NCBI RefSeq assembly: GCF_000025665.1
Contig: NC_013926.1
Span: 90,001 to 122,000 of the forward strand
Direction: 5' to 3'
Length of the DNA stretch: 32,000 bases
Origin: Aciduliprofundum boonei T469
Lineage (GTDB): Archaea; Thermoplasmatota; Thermoplasmata; Thermoplasmatales; Aciduliprofundaceae
The position numbers and the translations under genes were made by a program. The first letter of the stretch is position 1; every line of letters begins with the position of its first letter. The notes beneath the pieces are model-generated. The model did not search any database and was not told where the DNA came from. It saw only the letters and a list, made by a program, of their open reading frames with translations. Below, in pieces: positions 15,836 through 22,400 of the stretch.

Positions 15836-16486
15836 ATGCTCCGGTATTCAAGACAGGAGGGTTTGGTCGACCAAGATAAACTAAAAAATGCAAGTGTTTT
15901 AATTGCAGGTGTGGGTGGATTAGGTGGATTCTCATCCATATACCTAGCAGTAGCAGGAGTTGGGAATATAGTAATCGTAGACAAGGATGTTGTGGAAGAA
16001 AGCAATTTAAACAGGCAAATTTTATACAGGGAGGGGGACATAGGAAAAAAGAAGGTTATGGTTGCGAGAAAAAGATTGAAAGAGTTAAATCCAGATGTAA
16101 AAATAATAGCCATAGATAAGAGTATAGATGAAAAATTTGAAGTTGTTCAAAAAATTGATATTGTTGTAGATGGATTAGATAATTATGAATCTCGTATTGC
16201 CTTAGAAAAATTCGCACTTCAAAAACACATCCCCTATGTATTTGGTGCAGTTGAGGGATATATGGGAATGGTAACATTTATTGATGATTCTACAAAAAAA
16301 TTGGAAGATTTCATACAACATTTTAAGTTAAAAACTCCTCAGGTCCTGGCTTCTACATCTGCATTTACCGCCTCAATTCAATCTATGGAAGTGCTAAAAT
16401 ATTTGAGTAAAAAAGGTGACTTACTTCGCAATCGCTTATTGATATACGATGCCCTTAGCACAAATTTCTTGGAGGTGAAATTATGA
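15836..16486 (+). CDS. E1-like adenylyltransferase (ThiF/MoeB/UbaA family), short cysteine-free form
   Basis: 216 aa. Family motifs: RYSRQ, the nucleotide loop AGVGGLGG, IVDKDVVEESNLNRQ and VDGLDNYESR. The protein contains no Cys and ends at ...FLEVKL, about where MoeB continues to its second CxxC. Confidence 0.85.
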   Translation: MLRYSRQEGLVDQDKLKNASVLIAGVGGLGGFSSIYLAVAGVGNIVIVDKDVVEESNLNRQILYREGDIGKKKVMVARKRLKELNPDVKIIAIDKSIDEKFEVVQKIDIVVDGLDNYESRIALEKFALQKHIPYVFGAVEGYMGMVTFIDDSTKKLEDFIQHFKLKTPQVLASTSAFTASIQSMEVLKYLSKKGDLLRNRLLIYDALSTNFLEVKL

Positions 16487-16716
16487 GGGTTCATATAAGA
16501 TACTTTGGAAGATTTGCCGCCGATATTGGTAAGTTCTCAGAGGAAATAGAATTTGATGATAAGGCAACTGTCAAGGATCTCGTTGAATTTCTAAAGAGAA
16601 AGTATCCATTCTTAAAAGATGAGGTTATTGAGGTATCTATCAATGGAAAGTATGCCAAGAATGATGATCCTCTCGCTCCTGAAATCTCTGTATTTCCAAT
16701 AATAAGTGGGGGCTAA
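16483..16716 (+). CDS. moaD: MoaD/ThiS-type ubiquitin-like sulfur carrier (SAMP-like), C-terminal Gly-Gly
   Basis: 77 aa: MRVHIRYFGRFAADIG ... VSINGKYAKNDDPLAPEISVFPIISGG followed by the stop. The ATG overlaps the E1 stop (ATGA). Confidence 0.85.
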   Translation: MRVHIRYFGRFAADIGKFSEEIEFDDKATVKDLVEFLKRKYPFLKDEVIEVSINGKYAKNDDPLAPEISVFPIISGG

Positions 16717-17799
16717 CTAGGTGACCTTCTCCATCTCATCTTCTACAATGAAAGTATCTTCGTGCTTTATTGCACCTTCTGGAAGCATTAATGGAGGGTG
16801 CACTATGGCTAAAACCATATCCCGCATGATTTTCCAAAATCTATGAGCAACTACAATAGTGGTTATAGGTGGCTCTTCTATGAGCAATCCCACACTATGC
16901 GTGTAGCCTTTTATGTAATATTCTTCAAATCTTTCATGCCTGTATAATTCTGCAATTTTCTTTTCAATCTCTATAAATTTTTTATCGGGCTTTGTTTCTC
17001 GTATCGCCAATTCGTATGCCCTTTCTTTGACTTGCATCGCCCTTCTAACTTCTTTATTCACCTCACCCACTACAAATGTCCTAGCCATATTCGCGTAATA
17101 GTTATTGTAATCAGCACCTATAACCACAGTGACAATAGAATCTTTTTTTACATAAGCATCCCTAAATGGCTCAGCATGAACCCTCGGAGTCGTGGAAACA
17201 TAAACCTTAGGGTCCTCGCTACCCTCTTTTGTTAGTAGATGACCCACCTCGGAGGCTATTTCCAACTCACTCATTCCAGGACTTATTACCTCTCCTGCAA
17301 GCTTCATTCCCTTATTTGCAATTCTACCTGCTTTTCTTATATTTTCCTTTTCCCACTCATCTTTTACCATCCTAAGTTGGAAAGTATAATCTAAAATATC
17401 CACAACTTCAACCTGTGGGTTCAATCTCTTGAAAACTTTATAGAACAGAAGGTAGGCATCTCTCTCTACTGAGAACTCCAATCCAACCCTCTTATACCCG
17501 TTACTTTTGATCCAAGAAACGACCATAGCCATTAAAGATTCTGCATCTTGATACTCAACCACATCATCAATCCAAGATCTTCTCTTAAACTCTTCCGCTT
17601 CTCCTTCAACCACAAGCACCGTGGGCTCTCCCTCTGAAGGAATAAGTAAAGAGGGCCTTAGCCATCTTGTACCTGTGAAATAAGTAAAAGTGGAAAGTGC
17701 CCTGATTACAGCCCCATCTACATTGTTCTCCCGCAAAATTGATTGAAATTTCTGAACTCTCTTTTCAAAGATTTCACGAGGGGCTCTCAAGCTTATCAC
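16717..17799 (-). CDS. M24-family (creatinase/prolidase fold) protein, probably with a degenerate metal site
   Basis: The ORF track starts at a TTG at 17805. I prefer the GTG at 17799, which forms a GTGA overlap with the upstream stop. A creatinase_N-like N-domain is followed by a pita-bread domain (GADYNNYYANMARTFVVG, YTHSVGLLIEEPP, KHEDTFIV). Confidence 0.75.
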   Translation of the reverse strand: MISLRAPREIFEKRVQKFQSILRENNVDGAVIRALSTFTYFTGTRWLRPSLLIPSEGEPTVLVVEGEAEEFKRRSWIDDVVEYQDAESLMAMVVSWIKSNGYKRVGLEFSVERDAYLLFYKVFKRLNPQVEVVDILDYTFQLRMVKDEWEKENIRKAGRIANKGMKLAGEVISPGMSELEIASEVGHLLTKEGSEDPKVYVSTTPRVHAEPFRDAYVKKDSIVTVVIGADYNNYYANMARTFVVGEVNKEVRRAMQVKERAYELAIRETKPDKKFIEIEKKIAELYRHERFEEYYIKGYTHSVGLLIEEPPITTIVVAHRFWKIMRDMVLAIVHPPLMLPEGAIKHEDTFIVEDEMEKVT

Positions 17800-19112
17800 T
17801 TCCAATCCAACAACCTTTTCTCACCTTCTATCTTTTTTATATCCATTATATCCTGCGTGAATTCCAGCGCTCCCAAATACTTTCCATTTTTACGGACTGC
17901 AAGGTACTGTATTAATATTTTCCTGCCCTGCATATCAATCCAGAAATCAGCTTTATCCCTCTCTCCTTTTTTGAATGCCTGCAATATTTTGTTTACTATA
18001 TGCACGCTCTTTGGTGGATGACATAGCTGCACAGGCCTGCCCAGAACCGTGTTTGTACGAGTAAATATTCTTTCACCTCCTGAGAAGAACCTTACCCTAT
18101 CTTCCGAATCAATGAATGTCACATCCACAGGCATTATTGCTAGAATAGCAGATATTTCATCTGGAAGAAGATATCCGTTCTCTAACTCTATATCTCCCTC
18201 TCTTCTAAGTTCTCTGAGATCTGGATGTAATTTTATATCACCCATGTTCTTCTTCATCTCTTCTATGAGATGCTGAGGCAGAGATAGCAACTGCTCAGCC
18301 GTGATTTCATCTCTCACCTCATAGGGCATTATGGGCTTTGCCTCACTTTTCCACTCATTCCCCGGCTTGATCTTGTAATATCCAATCTCGTCATCTTGCA
18401 TTCTTATGGCTTTGAATTCTCCTTCACTCAAAAGCACTTGTAGAGTCGGATATAGTATGTTATTCTCCCTAAACACCATATCTATGAGACGAGAGGCAAG
18501 GTCTTGACCAACATTGGATATTTCTTCATAATTCTCGCTATGTATAAGGTTCAGAAGTTTGTTCATCTCTGCTCTAATCTCATCGTGCTTTCTCCATAGC
18601 ACGGCGGGCACGGCATTTAAGCCCCTTCTCTCAAGATATGGAAAATCTATCATTTCCTCGCGATTGTAATGCGTATAGCCAATGACCTTTAATCCACGAA
18701 CTATTCCTTCAAGAGTTTTTAAAGTGCTTTGAAGAGCATTACCCTTCAATTTCAAAAGTGAGGATGCATAAAGATTCAAAATCTCGGCATCCTTTATTAT
18801 CTCAACATTCTCCTCATAAAGTGTGCGAAGAGGATGTCCGGGTGGGAATTTCGCAATCTCTTTCTCTGCTCCACTTACACTCTCCCTGAAGATCTCAACA
18901 TGTATATCGCACATTCTTGCAATTTCTCTTGCAGATACCCCCTCTGCAACGAGTTCTTGCTCAATTAAAGGTATCTCAAGTGGAGATATGGAGCGAAGTA
19001 CATTTTTAAATTCTTCCTTCACCTTCTCCTCATCCTCTCCTGAATGCAATTTTTTGAGCATTTCTTTCAATTTTTCCTTCTTCATCTCCCTATTATCAAG
19101 TAATTCTGACAT
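17796..19112 (-). CDS. DUF438 / hemerythrin-like / PAS domain protein (putative sensor)
   Basis: 438 aa. The N-terminal DUF438 pattern as I recall it is present (KLKEMLKKLHSGEDEEKVKEEFKNVLRSISPLEIPLIEQELVAEGVSAREIARMCDIHVEIF). A central helical His-rich region follows. The C-terminal PAS-like region reads VDVTFIDSEDRVRFFSGGERIFTRTNTVLGRPVQLCHPPKS. A GGTGAT SD lies 3 nt upstream of the ATG. Confidence 0.65.
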   Translation of the reverse strand: MSELLDNREMKKEKLKEMLKKLHSGEDEEKVKEEFKNVLRSISPLEIPLIEQELVAEGVSAREIARMCDIHVEIFRESVSGAEKEIAKFPPGHPLRTLYEENVEIIKDAEILNLYASSLLKLKGNALQSTLKTLEGIVRGLKVIGYTHYNREEMIDFPYLERRGLNAVPAVLWRKHDEIRAEMNKLLNLIHSENYEEISNVGQDLASRLIDMVFRENNILYPTLQVLLSEGEFKAIRMQDDEIGYYKIKPGNEWKSEAKPIMPYEVRDEITAEQLLSLPQHLIEEMKKNMGDIKLHPDLRELRREGDIELENGYLLPDEISAILAIMPVDVTFIDSEDRVRFFSGGERIFTRTNTVLGRPVQLCHPPKSVHIVNKILQAFKKGERDKADFWIDMQGRKILIQYLAVRKNGKYLGALEFTQDIMDIKKIEGEKRLLDWK

Positions 19113-19156
19113 TTTATCACCACGCCCCGTTAGGATTACCCATTTTTAAATTTTTC

Positions 19157-19172
19157 TGGACAAAATTGTCCA
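19157..19172. promoter_or_regulatory. 16-bp palindrome TGGACAA-aa-TTGTCCA abutting a TATA-like box; candidate operator for the DUF438/M24 operon
   Basis: 19157-19163 is the exact reverse complement of 19166-19172. On the minus strand the order is TAAATATA (19180-19173), then the palindrome, with the ATG at 19112. Confidence 0.45.
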
Positions 19173-19189
19173 TATATTTAGTGAAAAAC

Positions 19190-19807
19190 TCAACGCCCTT
19201 CGATTTCTCTCAACATTCTGCGAGTTGCTTCCTTCGGGTTCTCAGCGACGAGAATGGAAGATATAACTGCAATGCCATCAACTCCTGTGGAAAGCACATT
19301 TCTAACATTTTCAATATTGATTCCCCCTATAGCCACCACGGGAATTCTCACGCTTTCCACTATCCTTCTCAAATTCTCCAATCCAATTACAACAGCATTT
19401 TCCTTGCTTCTCGTGGGATAAACGCTTCCGGCCCCTATATAGTCAGCTCCATCCTCCTGCGCCTTAATTGCCTCCTCCACACTATGTACCGTTGCTCCTA
19501 TAAGCAGTTGAGGTGCAATTATCCTCGCCATCTTTAAAGGCATGTCCTCAGGCCCAAGGTGCACTCCATGCGCTTCTATTGCAAGAGCCACATCAACTCT
19601 ATCATCCACAAAGAGAAGAGCACCATAATCTTCCACGATTTTTCTTATCCTGATTCCCTTTTCAACCATCTGCCTCGTGGTGGAATTTTTCATCCTGAGC
19701 TGTATGGCCTTGGCTCCTCCCTCCAGCACAAGTTTCACACTTTCAATCTCATCCCTCAACCTTCCATCCGTAATCACATACAATTTTAATTTCTCCCTCA
19801 AATTCAC
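19190..19807 (-). CDS. thiE: Thiamine-phosphate synthase
   Basis: 205 aa with a GTG start at 19807. ThiE pattern: KLYVITDGRL, AIQLRMKN, LFVDDRVDVALAIEAHGVHLGPEDMP, GATVHSVEEA, ADYIGAGSVYPTRSKE, VVAIGGI. Confidence 0.9.
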   Translation of the reverse strand: MNLREKLKLYVITDGRLRDEIESVKLVLEGGAKAIQLRMKNSTTRQMVEKGIRIRKIVEDYGALLFVDDRVDVALAIEAHGVHLGPEDMPLKMARIIAPQLLIGATVHSVEEAIKAQEDGADYIGAGSVYPTRSKENAVVIGLENLRRIVESVRIPVVAIGGINIENVRNVLSTGVDGIAVISSILVAENPKEATRRMLREIEGR

Positions 19808-19853
19808 ACACTAACATCGCAAGGGCTTATTTTTTAGTTTCGGATTTTTGTGG

Positions 19854-19866
19854 AAAAATTTTAAAC
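19854..19866 (+). promoter_or_regulatory. TATA-like box for the decarboxylase gene (AAAAATTTTAAAC)
   Basis: Centred about 28 nt upstream of the ATG at 19888. Confidence 0.4.
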
Positions 19867-19887
19867 AACCAAACTATACTCTTCCAT

Positions 19888-21351
19888 ATGGATAATGAAT
19901 CTCAATACGACACCCCCATAGCTGATGCATTGAATAATCTTGGAGGATACATAAAATGGTGCACTCCTTCAGTTCTACCGCATCAAAAGAAGATTTCAAA
20001 TATTTACAAATCAGATATCTCTGTCTCTGCAGGATTTCTCGGAAGTTATGTTGACAATACTGGAATTTTCAAAGAAGCACACGATAGGGCTGCAAGAGTA
20101 TATGGCGCGGATAGAACCCTATTTAGCGTGAACGGTACTACAGGTAGCAATTTCATAGTATTGAGAATGCTCACCTTGGAATACGAATCCCCCCAGATTT
20201 TAGTCACAAGAAATATTCATCATTCCATACTCCACGCTGCAGAATGGCTTGGGATAAAATTCAGATTCATAAAATCCTCCTATGACCCTCAGTTTGAAAG
20301 CTTGATTCCACCAAAGCCGGAGGATGTTCTTGACACCCTCAACAATTACCCAGAGAGCAATGCCGTAATCATCTCTTCTCCCACATACTCGGGACTTGCT
20401 GCAAAACTAAGAGATATTGTAAAGGTCGTGAAGAATTTTGATAAGGAGATAAAAGTAATCGTTGACGAGGCCTGGGGCTCTCACTTCCATTTCAGCGATG
20501 AATTACCTAAGAGTGCAATGCAGGCTGGAGCTGATATAGCTATGCAGAGCACACACAAACAAGGTGGCTCTTTACAGCAAACTGGAATGATTCACTGGAA
20601 GGAAAAATATGTGAATAGCGAACTGATGTACGAGGCTTTTCGAGAATACGCCACTACAAGTCCCTCATATCATCTTCTCGCTTCTTTAGATTCTGTAAGG
20701 GCAATCATGCAGAAAAATGGAAGGGAGCTCGTGGAATCTCTAATAAAGAAAGCAGAGTACTTTAAAGATTTACTGGGTAAGAAATTAATTCCCCCTTTAA
20801 AAATTATGGATGACTCTCTTGAGTTTGACCTCGTGAAAGATTATATATCCGGCTATGATAAAACAAAAACTGCAATTGCACTAACAAAATTCAAAGAAAC
20901 TGGATTTGAACTGGGAAATTTGCTCTCAAAAAGCAAAATAATAGTCGAGAAATGTAGTTTAAACACAATTCTTATGCTAACAACATACTCTTTGTCATAT
21001 AGCGAGATAGAAAAAACAGTTAGGGCTTTATCTAGCATAATCAAAAACTTCCATAAAACCACCAAGAAAAATCTGATACCCAATCCGTTTCAGCATCTGG
21101 AAACAAAACCGGTTATCGAGCCACATACGGCAAGAAGAGTAGCCCAAACAATAGGAAGGATAGTGCCTCTCAAAGACGCAATAGGCAAAATCGCTGCAGA
21201 GCATATAGAAATTTATCCTCCAGGAGTGCCTGTAATACTTGAAGGATTTAGAATCACAGAAAACAATGTTAAATATCTCCTCAATGTTAAAGAGATGGGT
21301 GGTCATATAAGCGCCAGAGACCCCTCCCTAAAAACAATATATGTTCTGTGA
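19888..21351 (+). CDS. PLP-dependent Orn/Lys/Arg decarboxylase family protein (bacterial SpeA/YaaO type)
   Basis: 487 aa. Fold-type I decarboxylase blocks: FSVNGTTGSNFIV, VIVDEAWGSHFHF, and the PLP lysine motif QSTHKQGGSL. Confidence 0.8.
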   Translation: MDNESQYDTPIADALNNLGGYIKWCTPSVLPHQKKISNIYKSDISVSAGFLGSYVDNTGIFKEAHDRAARVYGADRTLFSVNGTTGSNFIVLRMLTLEYESPQILVTRNIHHSILHAAEWLGIKFRFIKSSYDPQFESLIPPKPEDVLDTLNNYPESNAVIISSPTYSGLAAKLRDIVKVVKNFDKEIKVIVDEAWGSHFHFSDELPKSAMQAGADIAMQSTHKQGGSLQQTGMIHWKEKYVNSELMYEAFREYATTSPSYHLLASLDSVRAIMQKNGRELVESLIKKAEYFKDLLGKKLIPPLKIMDDSLEFDLVKDYISGYDKTKTAIALTKFKETGFELGNLLSKSKIIVEKCSLNTILMLTTYSLSYSEIEKTVRALSSIIKNFHKTTKKNLIPNPFQHLETKPVIEPHTARRVAQTIGRIVPLKDAIGKIAAEHIEIYPPGVPVILEGFRITENNVKYLLNVKEMGGHISARDPSLKTIYVL

Positions 21352-21424
21352 ACATTAATACACAAAAATATCCAGAAATATTTAAATATGTTTCCCCAAT
21401 GCAAAATTAGGTTGAGGTGATTTG

Positions 21425-21724
21425 ATGGTCAAGGAAGAGGATGTTTGGAATGCACTACGAGATGTGGTGGACCCGGAGATAGGGGCTAATTTAGTTGATT
21501 TGGGATTGATATATGAGGTTAGGGTGGATAATGGCAAGGATGTTTATGTAAAGATGACATTAACGGTTCCCGGATGTCCGCTAATGAATGTCCTTCCCGC
21601 ACAGGTGGAAGAGAGATTGAAGCAGTTGGATGGAGTAGGGAAAATTACTGTACAACTAACATTTGATCCGCCTTGGAGTCCTGACAGGATGAGCGAAGAG
21701 CTTCGCAAACTCTACGGCTGGTAA
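21425..21724 (+). CDS. DUF59 / MIP18-family Fe-S assembly-related protein
   Basis: 99 aa from the ATG at 21425 (an in-frame TTG lies at 21422). A GAGGTGAT SD is upstream. Motifs: DVVDPEIGANLVDLGLIYEV and MTLTVPGCPL. Confidence 0.8.
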   Translation: MVKEEDVWNALRDVVDPEIGANLVDLGLIYEVRVDNGKDVYVKMTLTVPGCPLMNVLPAQVEERLKQLDGVGKITVQLTFDPPWSPDRMSEELRKLYGW

Positions 21725-21761
21725 GTTGAAAATTTTTATATTCTATTTCTATTAGAGCACA

Positions 21762-22337
21762 ATGCAAACAACCCTTTACAATTTTGGTGATTCGCTGGAA
21801 AAAATAGAGAAGGAGATTAAGGAATGTAAAAAATGCCCATTGTACAAAACGAGGAAAAATGCAGTTCCTGGCGAGGGAGGATTCCAAAGGAGAATTATGT
21901 TCGTGGGCGAAGCGCCTGGAAGAAGGGAGGACGAGCTTGGTAGGCCTTTCGTGGGCGCTGCAGGAAAATTTTTAGATGAATTATTGGCAAGCATTGGATT
22001 ATCACGCAAGGATGTTTACATAACCAACATTGTTAAATGCAGACCCCCGGGGAATAGAGATCCTACAGATGAGGAGATAAAACTGTGCTCTCCATACCTT
22101 GATAGGCAAATTGCAATTATGAAGCCAAGGATAATATGCCCATTAGGGCGCTTTTCCGCCAAATACATACTGGAAAAATTCGGATTTGAAATGGGAAAAA
22201 TATCAAAAATTCAGGGCAAGGTATTTGAAGGAAATATCCTGATTCTTCCCATGTATCATCCAGCCGCAGCTCTATACCATCAAAATTTGAAAAGCGAGCT
22301 CTACAAGAGCTTTGAAGTTTTGAAATCTCTCCTTTGA
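21762..22337 (+). CDS. udg: Family-4 uracil-DNA glycosylase (4Fe-4S type)
   Basis: 191 aa. Motifs: CKKCPLYKTRKNAVPGEG, MFVGEAPGRREDELGRPFVGAAGKFLDELL, and CRPPGNRDPTDEEIKLC (Cys spacing typical of the Fe-S ligands). Confidence 0.9.
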   Translation: MQTTLYNFGDSLEKIEKEIKECKKCPLYKTRKNAVPGEGGFQRRIMFVGEAPGRREDELGRPFVGAAGKFLDELLASIGLSRKDVYITNIVKCRPPGNRDPTDEEIKLCSPYLDRQIAIMKPRIICPLGRFSAKYILEKFGFEMGKISKIQGKVFEGNILILPMYHPAAALYHQNLKSELYKSFEVLKSLL

Positions 22338-22366
22338 AATATTATCGCTTATGATAAAGAGCCGAA

Positions 22367-22379
22367 AAAGTTTAATATT
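22367..22379 (+). promoter_or_regulatory. TATA-like box for the histidine kinase gene (AAAGTTTAATATT)
   Basis: Centred about 28 nt upstream of the ATG at 22401. Confidence 0.35.
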
Positions 22380-22400
22380 CTTTGATGAGATGGCCTTCCG

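Noticed and set aside
16661-16716. Possible box C/D sRNA: ATGATGA (16661-16667), an 11-nt spacer, then CTGA (16679-16682) at the 3' end of the moaD-like gene.
   Set aside because: No second C'/D pair (TGATGA ... CTGA) and no terminal stem appear in the following 60 nt. The motif lies in-frame inside a well-supported CDS and is likely chance.
19808-19887. TPP (THI-box) riboswitch upstream of thiE.
   Set aside because: The spacer is only 80 nt and is shared with a divergent promoter. It lacks the conserved CTGAGA and ACCTGATCTGGATAATGCCAGCG-like cores on the thiE strand.
22338-22400. Short inverted repeat TTATC-gcttat-GATAA upstream of the kinase gene.
   Set aside because: It has only 5-bp A/T-rich arms, is expected by chance, and lies upstream of the TATA-like box without other support.
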